Shown here: positions 40,382 to 50,414 of the stretch, piece after piece
How positions within the stretch are numbered: position 1 is the stretch's first letter
Layout: every line of letters begins with the position of its first letter
Source of the DNA: a virus
Length of the DNA stretch: 64,000 nt
Virus record (IMG/VR): IMGVR_UViG_3300006925_000010
Span: 15,571-79,570 of that record
Strand: one strand, 5' to 3'
Made by a program: the position numbers and the translations under genes
Notes under the pieces: generated by a model
The model's database searches: none
Told to the model about the DNA's origin: nothing
The model's input: only the letters and a program-made list of their open reading frames with translations

Positions 40382-41244
40382 TGAGCAGAGGTTATATAGT
40401 TATAGCACAGAACAATAGCACGACTGATTATCTAAAGCAGGCGTATGCATTAGCTCTGAATTTAAAAGCAACACAGACGACTGTAAGCAGTCTAACAGTA
40501 TGTGTTGACCCTGCTACTAGAGACATGATTAAACCTAAACATACTAAAGTTTTTGATAACATAGTAGACATTCCTTGGGCAGACGATGCCGAAAACGACG
40601 AATGGAAAATTAATAATAAGTGGAAATACTATTACATGACTCCGTATGATGAGACAGTAATACTTGATACTGATATGCTATTTCCTACAGATGTAAGTCA
40701 TTGGTGGGATATTATGTCACAACGTGATGTTTGGGCAACAACAAAAGTTAGAACATATAGGGGCGAAGTAGTAAACAGCGATTACTACAGAAAATATTTT
40801 GTTGCAAATGATTTACCTAATGTTTATACAGCATTCTTTTATTTTAAACAAAGCGATCTAGCAAGTGAACTGTTTGCAATGACTGAGATTATATTTCAAC
40901 ATTGGCAAAGATTCTTCCATAGATACATGCCCAAAGGTAAACCAGACTGGTTGAGCGGCGATGTTGCATTTGCACTTGCTATACAATTACTAGACATTGA
41001 ACAAGAATGTACAAGGGAAAACATAGATTCGGTTCCTACTTTTATACATATGAAAAGCCATATACAAGAAGTAAGAGGTGCCGCACTTAGTGAAACATGG
41101 ACTGAGAGTTTACCAACATACTATAACGATTGTAAGAACTTTAAGATAGGAAACTTTCAACAGCAATTACCGTTTCACTATGTTGAAAAAGAATGGTTAA
41201 CTGATAAAATGATAAAGCAAATGGAGGATTCGTATGCCGGCTAA
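40381..41244 (+). CDS. Glycosyltransferase-like protein, GT-A fold
   Basis: MSRGYIVIAQNN..DYLKQA and MTPYDETVILDTDMLF (DxD); paralogue of 38581. Confidence 0.7.
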   Translation: MSRGYIVIAQNNSTTDYLKQAYALALNLKATQTTVSSLTVCVDPATRDMIKPKHTKVFDNIVDIPWADDAENDEWKINNKWKYYYMTPYDETVILDTDMLFPTDVSHWWDIMSQRDVWATTKVRTYRGEVVNSDYYRKYFVANDLPNVYTAFFYFKQSDLASELFAMTEIIFQHWQRFFHRYMPKGKPDWLSGDVAFALAIQLLDIEQECTRENIDSVPTFIHMKSHIQEVRGAALSETWTESLPTYYNDCKNFKIGNFQQQLPFHYVEKEWLTDKMIKQMEDSYAG

Positions 41245-41947
41245 AAAAACAACAAAGAAGGCAGAGATAGAAAAAGTACAACAAGAGAATATTGTATCGG
41301 ACGCCGCACTAGAAAGAAAAAAGAGATTCCTTGCAGAAAAAGAGAAAGCAGGTGGAATTGATAAACTTGTTCAGACTCACAAAGAAAAGCCGTGGGTTAT
41401 ATATTTTACAAAGGCAGGAGAAATTGTTTGCTTTACACAGAACGAAGTAGATGTTAAAGACGATTGGCAAACATACGACTTCTCACAAGAACAATTAAAG
41501 ATACTTATTGACAATATGGATGACTTGTTTAAGTATAGAATTAATGTTGATCCTACTGTGGATAACTTGTATAGTATTCAGTTAAAAGAAATAAACACTA
41601 TCTACACAGAGTCTGAGAAAGACTTCCTCAACGAAATTGAGTACGGCAAAAGCACTTCGTTTGATGTAAAGGTTGCTGTTAACTCTGCTGAACTTGTTAT
41701 TACCTTAAGCAACAAAGCAAAGGAAGTATACAAAGATGTATATCCTATTAGTGCAACTGTAAAAGGACAACGGCTGTTAAAATTCTTCTTAACAGCAGAA
41801 CACGACCCACATGTAATGTTTCATTACGAAATCATAAGCCTAGCAGAACTTATTACAGAAAAGAAAGTTGTTAGACAATTACCCGGAGACTTGCGCCACT
41901 GTAGTGTGTATACTGTAAAACTGTTTGATAAATATCAGAGAGCATAA
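41234..41947 (+). CDS. Hypothetical protein (237 aa)
   Basis: GGAGG RBS, overlap with the upstream GT gene; no recognised motif. Confidence 0.75.
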   Translation: MPAKKTTKKAEIEKVQQENIVSDAALERKKRFLAEKEKAGGIDKLVQTHKEKPWVIYFTKAGEIVCFTQNEVDVKDDWQTYDFSQEQLKILIDNMDDLFKYRINVDPTVDNLYSIQLKEINTIYTESEKDFLNEIEYGKSTSFDVKVAVNSAELVITLSNKAKEVYKDVYPISATVKGQRLLKFFLTAEHDPHVMFHYEIISLAELITEKKVVRQLPGDLRHCSVYTVKLFDKYQRA

Positions 41948-41961
41948 CAGGACACATTTAT

Positions 41962-42972
41962 ATGGCAAAGCAAGATGTCACAGAACTAGATATATTCTAT
42001 ATTTCATACGACGAGCCAAACTGCGAAGAGCATTGGGCAGACTTATTAAACAAAGTACCTTGGGCAAAACGTGTCCACGGTGTTAAAGGCTTTGATGCCG
42101 CACATAAAGAATGTGCAAACCAATCTGAAACAGAACGTTTTATCACAGTAGATGGTGATAATATTGTTATGCCTGATTTCTTTGAACAAGCTCTTGACTT
42201 TCCAGAAACTGATCACGACGGTAATGATATTGCTGAAAGTATTTTTAGTTGGAATGGTAAAAATATTCTCAACGGATTAGTATATGGTAATGGTGGACTT
42301 AAATGTTGGCCTACAGAGTATACCAAAACAATTAACACACATGAGGCCGCAACTGACGGCGAGGGCATGGAGTTTTGTTGGAAGTTAAATTATATACAAC
42401 TTAACGACACGTTCTCAGAAGTACACCAAACAGCCAGTCCTTTTCAAGCCTTCAGAGCAGGGTTCAGAGAGGGTGTTAAAATGAGTTTGGACCAGGGCAC
42501 AAGGGTGAAGCCAAGTGAATTCAAAGACAAGATATGGTATGGAAATTATAATAGATTACAGACCTGGGCTAACATAGGCACTGATGTTACTAACGGCTTA
42601 TGGGCTATATACGGTGCAAGACTTGGTTGCCAAATGGCAGTACTAAGCGATTGGGACGTTAATTTAATATCAGACTACGACTGGTTTAAAAGTTTCTTCT
42701 ATGACGACGTGGCACCTAAGTTTGACGGCTTAAACGACATGAAGTGTAACTATACCAAGCAACAATGGCAACAGGAATTATTATATAAAGAGGTATGCAG
42801 ATTAGGGCACGAACTCAATGAAGAGATAAACGACATGATGTTGTTCAATCCTAACGAACAAATGTGTAGATTCTTTAAGAAAACTTATGTTAACCCTAAA
42901 CGCTGGGGAGTAATGATCAGAGAAAAACAAATACAGGACTTGTTAGAAAAAGGCCTCATCGGCTCATCTTAA
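41962..42972 (+). CDS. Glycosyltransferase-like protein (GT2-like fold)
   Basis: DIFYISYDEPN...RVHGVKGFDAAH..CA....ERFITVDGDN follows the GT-A nucleotide-binding pattern with DxD. Confidence 0.6.
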   Translation: MAKQDVTELDIFYISYDEPNCEEHWADLLNKVPWAKRVHGVKGFDAAHKECANQSETERFITVDGDNIVMPDFFEQALDFPETDHDGNDIAESIFSWNGKNILNGLVYGNGGLKCWPTEYTKTINTHEAATDGEGMEFCWKLNYIQLNDTFSEVHQTASPFQAFRAGFREGVKMSLDQGTRVKPSEFKDKIWYGNYNRLQTWANIGTDVTNGLWAIYGARLGCQMAVLSDWDVNLISDYDWFKSFFYDDVAPKFDGLNDMKCNYTKQQWQQELLYKEVCRLGHELNEEINDMMLFNPNEQMCRFFKKTYVNPKRWGVMIREKQIQDLLEKGLIGSS

Positions 42973-43755
42973 ATGAAACTATACGCCAATATAGGCATAG
43001 GGCACGAAAACGACATAGATGTTTTAAAGCAACGAGTTGTTAGTGCCGCACAATGCAATGCTGATGCAGTTATAATAGGCAAAAGCACACCTGTAAAAAC
43101 AGTACCAAGTAACAAAAAGTATGTGCCTATACAAAGTAAGTGGGGGACTATGGCATACTTAGAAGTTGCAAAACGCTCTGAAGTATCTAAAGAAAACGCA
43201 TTAACACTAACTAACTTCTGCAAAGAGATTGGTATACCATTAATATGGAGTGTGACTGACAATCAAGCAGGTGCATGGGTGAGAGAGAATTGCGACAGTA
43301 GTACAATCAAGGTCCACTACGATGCAATAGATCCTATAGAACTTATACAATATTGCAAAGAAAACTTTGAACATGCTATATACAGTCATGTACACATGGA
43401 CGATATTTTACAATATTACACAAATACTAATAAACGCAGAAACATCACAATATATTATACAACAGATCAGTTTCCGCCTAAAGTAGAAGACTTACAACTA
43501 GGTAATATAGACAAACTAACGAAAAAATGGCCTGATGTTAGAATTGCATACGAAAGCAGAGAAGCAGGCATATTCCCAGGAGTAGCAGTTGCATACAAGG
43601 GAGTCGACTTTATAGAAAAATATTTAGGCGACGATGACAGCGACAATCCATCAATACTAACACCAGAACAGTTTTATGATTTTTGGAATACCATGAATAT
43701 ACTGTTTGAAGCCGACCAAGTAAAAATAGAAGAGGATCTTCAACCTGATAAATAA
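42973..43755 (+). CDS. NeuB (N-acetylneuraminate synthase) family homologue, degenerate active site
   Basis: YANIGIGHEND...AAQCNADAV, FCKEIGI, GVDFIEKY and SILTPEQF align by eye with the NeuB TIM-barrel motifs. Confidence 0.7.
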   Translation: MKLYANIGIGHENDIDVLKQRVVSAAQCNADAVIIGKSTPVKTVPSNKKYVPIQSKWGTMAYLEVAKRSEVSKENALTLTNFCKEIGIPLIWSVTDNQAGAWVRENCDSSTIKVHYDAIDPIELIQYCKENFEHAIYSHVHMDDILQYYTNTNKRRNITIYYTTDQFPPKVEDLQLGNIDKLTKKWPDVRIAYESREAGIFPGVAVAYKGVDFIEKYLGDDDSDNPSILTPEQFYDFWNTMNILFEADQVKIEEDLQPDK

Positions 43756-43765
43756 GTGCGTAGTT
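43747..43765 (+). promoter_or_regulatory. Late-promoter-like GATAAATA with AGTGCGTAGTT extension
   Basis: Upstream of the sugar dehydrogenase; the same extended motif occurs at 33853-33870. Confidence 0.6.
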
Positions 43766-43795
43766 TAAAACTATGACAGACAACAGGAGAAGAAA

Positions 43796-45124
43796 ATGGC
43801 CTCAATCGGATTTATTGGGGTGGGCAAGTTAGGACAAGCCTGCGCCGAGATGGTTGCCGAAGTACATGATGTTGTTGGTTATGATGTTAACCCAGTAGAG
43901 CCTGAAAACTTTACAATGGTTGATAAGTTGGAGAACGCAGTTAAAGGACAAGACATTGTTTTTATTGCAGTACCAACGCCACATGACCCGCAGTATGATG
44001 GAAAAGCACCTACCAGCCATTTACCAAACAAGGACTTCGACTACTCGTTAGTACGACAGGTTCTCTCAGAGGTAAATGAGGTTGCGTCAAGCGATCAATT
44101 GGTAGTGTTAATATCGACGGTATTACCAGGAACAGTTAGGAGAGAATTAGAACCTTTAATTACTAATGCTCGTTTTATTTACAACCCATACTTAATTGCT
44201 ATGGGCACAGTAAAATGGGATATGGTTAATCCAGAAATGGTAATGATAGGAACTAGCGATGGGAGTGAAACGGGAGACGCAAAGGTTCTCGTAGATTTCT
44301 ACAAAACAATAATGCAAAACGAACCTAAGTACGTTATAGGTACATGGGATGAATGTGAATGCATTAAAGTATTTTACAATACATTTATATCAGCAAAGGT
44401 ATCTCTAGTAAACATGATACAGGACGTTGCAGAGAAACAAGGTAACATAAACGCAGAAGTTGTTTGTGATGCATTGGCTAACAGCGACAGACGTATTATG
44501 GGACCAGGGTACATGAAACCAGGAATGGGAGACGGAGGTGCTTGTCACCCACGTGATAACATTGCATTGCGTTGGATGGCTGAGGAATTAGAACTAGGAT
44601 ACGACTTGTTTGATGCTGTAATGCTTTCACGAGAAGTACAAGCAGAGAACATGGCAAAACGTTTAATGGAGTTAGCAGGTACAATCTACCCTACAACAAA
44701 AACATTAATACCAGTCATGCCTATTATTATAGTCGGTAAGGCTTACAAGCCTTTAGTGGAATATGATGCAGGTTCGAGCAGTATGTTAGTAGGACACTAC
44801 ATAACAAAAGCAGGATTTGAATTACATTACTATGATGAGAAAACAGGTGACGTACCGTTAGATGATATACTCAGTAGACCATGCGTATACTTACTAGCAC
44901 ATAATCCAGAAATCACTTACGGTGATCAATTAGATACTGTGCCTGGTTGGTATAACGGCAAACACAAACGTACAGATTGCGATAATGCTTTATCTGTTTC
45001 TACAGGAAACGGAACAGAGCTACAGTTTGCATCAGGAAGTATTGTGTTGGACCCATGGCGTAAAACACCCGACATAGCAGGTGTGCAAGTTGTACACTAT
45101 GGTAATACTAGGGGAAATGTGTAA
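43796..45124 (+). CDS. ugd: UDP-glucose/GDP-mannose dehydrogenase family protein
   Basis: Rossmann IGFIGVGKLG, FIAVPTP, STVLPGT, catalytic Lys region ECIKVFYNTFIS..S..N, catalytic Cys in GGACHPRD, AYKP. Exact nucleotide-sugar substrate unknown. Confidence 0.9.
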   Translation: MASIGFIGVGKLGQACAEMVAEVHDVVGYDVNPVEPENFTMVDKLENAVKGQDIVFIAVPTPHDPQYDGKAPTSHLPNKDFDYSLVRQVLSEVNEVASSDQLVVLISTVLPGTVRRELEPLITNARFIYNPYLIAMGTVKWDMVNPEMVMIGTSDGSETGDAKVLVDFYKTIMQNEPKYVIGTWDECECIKVFYNTFISAKVSLVNMIQDVAEKQGNINAEVVCDALANSDRRIMGPGYMKPGMGDGGACHPRDNIALRWMAEELELGYDLFDAVMLSREVQAENMAKRLMELAGTIYPTTKTLIPVMPIIIVGKAYKPLVEYDAGSSSMLVGHYITKAGFELHYYDEKTGDVPLDDILSRPCVYLLAHNPEITYGDQLDTVPGWYNGKHKRTDCDNALSVSTGNGTELQFASGSIVLDPWRKTPDIAGVQVVHYGNTRGNV

Positions 45125-45131
45125 GATAATC

Positions 45132-45156
45132 AGTGGGGGTTCGCCCCCACTATTTT
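45132..45156 (+). terminator. GC-rich hairpin with UUCG loop and short U tract (weak terminator or attenuator)
   Basis: AGTGGGGG-TTCG-CCCCCACT followed by ATTTT, 7 nt after the ugd stop. Confidence 0.7.
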
Positions 45157-45165
45157 AGGAATAGT

Positions 45166-46608
45166 ATGAGTGAACGAATAGAACGAATTGAAGAGATAGA
45201 CAAGTTACTTACTTCTGAGATAAGCGGGACCTTTTGTCTTGCAAAATGGCATCACACTACAATTTATTTACATAGAGGACAGACGCATAGTTGCTATCAC
45301 CCTAAGCCACATGACATTCCTTTACAAGAATTAAAATACGACCCGAGCGTACTACACAACACACCGCAGAAGATTGATGAGCGTATAGAAATGTTTAACG
45401 GTGAGAAGCCAAGTGGTTGTCAATACTGTTGGAACGTTGAAGAACTAGACGAAGGCAAAGGACCAAACGAAGATAAACATGTTAGCGACAGGCATCAAAG
45501 GAATTCAAGTATATACACAGAAGATAGACTAAACGAAATTTTATACAATCCACCAGACTACAAGATTAATCCAGAGTATGTAGAGATTGCATTCAGTAAC
45601 GAATGTAATTTTAAATGTGGCTACTGTCACCCAATGCATAGTAGTTTATATAGACAAGAGATTAAGAAACACGGACCATACAATATGGTTAGCAATCACC
45701 AAGCAGACATTGACTGGTTTGACATATACGAAGAGGACTCGCCTTATGTAGAAGCATGGTGGAAGTGGTGGCCTGAAGTGAGCGAAACGTTAAACATACT
45801 TAGGATAACAGGCGGAGAACCAATACTACACAAAACAACATGGAAACTATTTGAAGAACTCAGTGAAAACCCTAAGCCTAATATAGAAATTAATATTAAT
45901 ACAAACTTAGGTTATACAAGTAGACGTGTTGAAAGATTAGTTGATGCTGTTAAAGACTTAACAGAAAATAATAAAATACGTGGCTTTAAAATGTTTAGTT
46001 CTATTGACACTTGGGGCAAACGTGCTGAATATATTAGAACAGGTTTAGACATTGAACTTTGGGAAAAGAACCAGGACATATACTTACGTGGTGTTAAAAG
46101 TCATATAACACACATGGTAACATTCAATGTGCTAAGTGTTACAACATTTAAAGAGTACTTGAAAAAAGTATTGGAGTGGCGCAAAACATACGAAGATATA
46201 ATCCCTAACAACTTAGGTAGTTCACCTGATGTTAGAAAGATTAGGTTTGATACTCCTTACTTAAAAGAGCCTCTACAATACGATATGCACATATTACCTA
46301 AAGAAGAATTCTTACCATACTTTGATGACATATTAGATTTTATTAAAGAGAATATTGTAGAAGATGATCGCACAATGTTTAGTGGATTAGAGTATGAACG
46401 TTTTAGACGAGTACGAGATTATTTTGTAACTACACAATACGATGATGAAAAGATACGAAGGGGTAGAATAGATTTCTACAAATGGTTTAACGAATACGAC
46501 AAACGCAGAGACACAAACTTCTTAGAAACTTTTCCAGAGATGGAAGGCTTTTATAGAATGTGTGAAAAATTGAATGAAGACGACATTCAAATAGTAGATG
46601 TAAGTTAA
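45166..46608 (+). CDS. Radical SAM enzyme with N-terminal twitch-like auxiliary Fe-S domain
   Basis: CNFKCGYC, ITGGEP, NTN, SID..G.RAEYIR; N-terminal FCLAKW...SCYH...CQYC. ATG 45166 has an AGGA RBS. Confidence 0.92.
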   Translation: MSERIERIEEIDKLLTSEISGTFCLAKWHHTTIYLHRGQTHSCYHPKPHDIPLQELKYDPSVLHNTPQKIDERIEMFNGEKPSGCQYCWNVEELDEGKGPNEDKHVSDRHQRNSSIYTEDRLNEILYNPPDYKINPEYVEIAFSNECNFKCGYCHPMHSSLYRQEIKKHGPYNMVSNHQADIDWFDIYEEDSPYVEAWWKWWPEVSETLNILRITGGEPILHKTTWKLFEELSENPKPNIEININTNLGYTSRRVERLVDAVKDLTENNKIRGFKMFSSIDTWGKRAEYIRTGLDIELWEKNQDIYLRGVKSHITHMVTFNVLSVTTFKEYLKKVLEWRKTYEDIIPNNLGSSPDVRKIRFDTPYLKEPLQYDMHILPKEEFLPYFDDILDFIKENIVEDDRTMFSGLEYERFRRVRDYFVTTQYDDEKIRRGRIDFYKWFNEYDKRRDTNFLETFPEMEGFYRMCEKLNEDDIQIVDVS

Positions 46609-47894
46609 TGGCTAGAAAAATACCAGTACATAATATTACAGCAGACGAGGCTCTTAGTAATAATTCTTTTTGCATGTTACCTTTTGTACACATGCACATA
46701 ACACCTGATGGCAAGCCATTACCTTGTTGTATAGGAAACATGAAGTACTCTCATTCAATAGGCAGAAAAAATCTATCTATAGAAGAAATGGTTAATTCAG
46801 ATTTTATGAAAAATCTTAGAATGAATATGATTAACGGAATTAGGCACGAAGTATGCAGTGGTTGTCATAAGATAGAAGACTCGGGCACTGGTACATATAG
46901 TTTTAGAAATACTGCTAATGAGAAGTACAAGAAACATGCGCCAAGAGTATTAAGACGAACAACCAAAGACGGACACTTAGCAGACTTTAAAATGAGATAC
47001 TTTGATATTAGACTCAGCCATGTTTGTAATATGAAGTGTCGAACATGTAATAGTGGTTACAGTAGTTTATGGGAAGCCGAAGATAAGAAGCAAGGCATTA
47101 ACATAACGTTTGACATGATGCATGATCGTAATCCAACAACGTTCGAAGAAATACTAGAGCATGTACCTTACATGGAAGAATGTTACTTTGCAGGTGGTGA
47201 ACCAATGGTTGACGACTACCATTACTACCTACTAGAAGCATTAATAGACCAAGGACGAACAGATGTAAGACTTAGTTACAATACCAATTTGAGTAGACTA
47301 AAGTTTAAAAACTACAATGTTTTAGAGTTGTGGGAGAAGTTTGATCACCCAGTAAATGTTTATAGCAGTATAGACCATTGTGAAGAACGAGCAGAATATA
47401 TTAGAAATGGCACTAAGTGGAATGATATCGAAACAAATATTAAAAGGCTATTGCTGGAACCAAATGTAAATTTGCAAATTAGTTCTACTGTGAGTATGTT
47501 AAACTATGTAACACTAGAGCAGTTTTTTAAGAAGATGTTAACAACAGGTCTTATGCCTGGTGGTGATTGGCAATTAAATCCTGTATCAAATCCCGAGTGG
47601 ATAAGTGTATTTAACTTGCCACAAGAGATGAAAGATGCAGGTAGGCAAGGCATTAATAATATTATTGAGTATCTTACTAGCAAAGACAAACTAGTTAGAA
47701 CATATAAAAAGAGAAACTATAATTTTGAACATACTATAAACAATATTAAATCGTTTCCTGACTTAGTAGACAGCAGTGGTGTAGACTTTAATGATGTCCG
47801 CCCAGAGTTTGTATGTGAAACTAGAAGACTTGACCAGTTACGCAAAGAAACATTTGTTGAGGTGTTTCCTGAACTGAGGACTATGTATGAGTGA
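46608..47894 (+). CDS. Radical SAM enzyme with N-terminal twitch domain
   Basis: FCMLPF.H....PDG...PCC...CSGC; CNMKCRTC; YFAGGEP; YNTN. Confidence 0.93.
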   Translation: MARKIPVHNITADEALSNNSFCMLPFVHMHITPDGKPLPCCIGNMKYSHSIGRKNLSIEEMVNSDFMKNLRMNMINGIRHEVCSGCHKIEDSGTGTYSFRNTANEKYKKHAPRVLRRTTKDGHLADFKMRYFDIRLSHVCNMKCRTCNSGYSSLWEAEDKKQGINITFDMMHDRNPTTFEEILEHVPYMEECYFAGGEPMVDDYHYYLLEALIDQGRTDVRLSYNTNLSRLKFKNYNVLELWEKFDHPVNVYSSIDHCEERAEYIRNGTKWNDIETNIKRLLLEPNVNLQISSTVSMLNYVTLEQFFKKMLTTGLMPGGDWQLNPVSNPEWISVFNLPQEMKDAGRQGINNIIEYLTSKDKLVRTYKKRNYNFEHTINNIKSFPDLVDSSGVDFNDVRPEFVCETRRLDQLRKETFVEVFPELRTMYE

Positions 47895-49131
47895 TTATAT
47901 AGACTTACACGACATAGACAAAGAACACTTGCTAACAGAAAGTAAAACATTTTGTATGTTTCCGTGGATACACTTAAATGCAACACCCAAGGGGGATATC
48001 TATCCTTGCTGTAGTAATGACTACACGAATCCAATTGGTAATGCAAGAGACATGTCTCTTAAAGAAGCATTTAACACAGACTATATGAAAGAGTTAAGAC
48101 TAGCAATGTTACAGGATAAAAAATCTGATATATGTAATTTTTGTTATAGTCACGAAAAAGCAAGTCCACATAGTTTTAGAACATATAGCATGGATAACTT
48201 TTCAGACTCGTTTGATGACGTATTAGCAATGACACACAAAGACGGTACAGTTGATGAGCTAAACATGAAATATTTTGATATTAGGTTTAGTAATATATGT
48301 AATTTTAAATGTCGTAGTTGCGGTACAGAGTTTAGTAGCCAATGGGCATTAGAAGATAAAAAAACATATAACCCAGATGGGCCTGTTATTATACACGTTG
48401 ACGATGATAAAGGAACTGTACTGAAAGAAATAATGGACCAAGTAGAACATATTGACTTGGCTTATTTTGCAGGTGGTGAACCGTTGATCACACCTGAACA
48501 TTATGCTATACTAGAGGAAATGATTCGTAAAGGAAGAACAGATACAGTATTAAGATACAATACTAATGCTAGTACCATAAGTTATAAGCAATACGATATA
48601 CTAGAACTTTGGAAGCACTTTGATAAAATAGAACTAAGTTGTAGTATCGATCACTATGGTGACCGTGCTGAAATTATGAGGGCAGGTACCAACTGGGGGA
48701 GAGTTGAAGAGAACTTAAAAACATTCAGAGCATTAGATTATGTGGAGTTCCAACTTAATACAGTTTTTAGTATTATGAACTATCCTACAATAACAGAATT
48801 TTATGATTACATGAGACAACAAGGATTAGTAGACTTTGACAAAGATTGGTATCACACTTTGTACTTAGCAGACAATCCTAAGTACTATAGTGCAAAAGCA
48901 TTACCAAAGAGCATGAAGAAAACTGCTGGCGAAAGTGTTAGAAGTTTCTTTAAAGGTAACAAAGGTTGTATAGATAGGATAACTAATAGTGCGGCTGACT
49001 TTGCCGACACAGAAGATAATTGGGACGAGTGCAAGGATGCATTTTTTGAAAACACATTTAGATTAGATGACATTAGGGGAGAAGACTTCTTCAAAGCATT
49101 TCCAGAGCTTAGAAGATTACAGGGGAAATAA
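47887..49131 (+). CDS. Radical SAM enzyme with N-terminal twitch domain
   Basis: FCMFPWIH...GDIYPCC...CNFC; CNFKCRSC; YFAGGEP; YNTN. Confidence 0.93.
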   Translation: MSDYIDLHDIDKEHLLTESKTFCMFPWIHLNATPKGDIYPCCSNDYTNPIGNARDMSLKEAFNTDYMKELRLAMLQDKKSDICNFCYSHEKASPHSFRTYSMDNFSDSFDDVLAMTHKDGTVDELNMKYFDIRFSNICNFKCRSCGTEFSSQWALEDKKTYNPDGPVIIHVDDDKGTVLKEIMDQVEHIDLAYFAGGEPLITPEHYAILEEMIRKGRTDTVLRYNTNASTISYKQYDILELWKHFDKIELSCSIDHYGDRAEIMRAGTNWGRVEENLKTFRALDYVEFQLNTVFSIMNYPTITEFYDYMRQQGLVDFDKDWYHTLYLADNPKYYSAKALPKSMKKTAGESVRSFFKGNKGCIDRITNSAADFADTEDNWDECKDAFFENTFRLDDIRGEDFFKAFPELRRLQGK

Positions 49132-50414
49132 TGAAAACAGCAAAGCAACTAGTAAAAGACAGTAAACATTTTTGTGTCCTACCGTGGATACATTTCCATG
49201 CATGGCCTAACAAGCAAGTTATGCCTTGCTGTGTTGCAGACAGTGAAGCACCTGTAAGTGAACTCAAAGAAGGTGAAAGCATACTGGAAATGATGAACTC
49301 AGAAGAGTACATGAAGATGCGTACTGCTATGCTCAATGACGAGAGGTACGAAGCATGTTCTAGGTGTTATGACTTAGAGGACAATGGTACATGGACACTT
49401 AGACAAAGTCAAAACATGGTCCGTGGTATAGATAGCATTGACATAATTGAGGCAACTAACATTGACGGAAGCATAGACGAGTTCAAACTAAAGTATATGG
49501 ATATACGTTTTAGTAACTTATGTAATTTTAAATGTCGTAGTTGTGGACCAGGTTGTTCTAATTTACATGGTGAAGAAAAACTTAAGATGATAGACGAGCA
49601 TGTTTTCATTACACGATTTGGTAATGAAAATGACAAGAAAGCAAAGACACTTATATCTAATAACGAAGACGGTTCGTTTATGGATAAGTTACGTCCTTAC
49701 TTAGATGATGTAGAGGAATGTTACTTTGCAGGTGGCGAGATACTTGTTACACCAGAACATTACGAGTGCTTAGACTATTGGATTGAAAACGACCTAGCAA
49801 AGAATATACAGTTAAACTATACAACTAATATGAGTAAGATATCTCATAAAGGTAGAGACTTAATTGAGCTGTGGAGCCACTTTCCTAAAATGGAGATATG
49901 GGCAAGTATTGATTCTATTGGAGAGCAAGGCGAACTAGTGCGTAAAGGTTTTAATTGGGAGAAAGTGCAACATAACATGCTTACAATTAAGGATAAGGCA
50001 CCGCATATTAAAGTTGGCATCACACCGACAGTAAGTATATGGAACATATTTAACTATGGTGAAATGTATGACTGGATGTATGACAATGGCTTTGTAAGTA
50101 GAGAACTACCACCACGTGTAAATGTTCTAACTTATCCTGACTTTGCCGCTATACAAATTCTACCTAATCATGTTAGATTAGAAGTTATAAAAGAACTGAA
50201 GAACTATATTGCTAAGTTCCATGCAGACGAAGACACAGACTTAAGAAATGATTTTAAAATGTTAGTACAAACATTATGGACTGGCAAAGAAAACAAAGAA
50301 AAACTATTAGAGTTTTTCGATAACAACGACGAATACGATATGATCAGAGATGAAAATATGATCAGTGTAATACCACAACTACATGAGGTTTATGAATGGT
50401 GTCAAAGAAACTAG
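49131..50414 (+). CDS. Radical SAM enzyme with N-terminal twitch domain
   Basis: FCVLPWIH...MPCC...CSRC; CNFKCRSC; YFAGGE; YTTN. Confidence 0.93.
   Translation: MKTAKQLVKDSKHFCVLPWIHFHAWPNKQVMPCCVADSEAPVSELKEGESILEMMNSEEYMKMRTAMLNDERYEACSRCYDLEDNGTWTLRQSQNMVRGIDSIDIIEATNIDGSIDEFKLKYMDIRFSNLCNFKCRSCGPGCSNLHGEEKLKMIDEHVFITRFGNENDKKAKTLISNNEDGSFMDKLRPYLDDVEECYFAGGEILVTPEHYECLDYWIENDLAKNIQLNYTTNMSKISHKGRDLIELWSHFPKMEIWASIDSIGEQGELVRKGFNWEKVQHNMLTIKDKAPHIKVGITPTVSIWNIFNYGEMYDWMYDNGFVSRELPPRVNVLTYPDFAAIQILPNHVRLEVIKELKNYIAKFHADEDTDLRNDFKMLVQTLWTGKENKEKLLEFFDNNDEYDMIRDENMISVIPQLHEVYEWCQRN

Noticed and set aside
45133-45165. GTG start at 45133 for the first radical SAM gene
   Set aside because: It lies inside the GC hairpin; ATG 45166 has a proper RBS.
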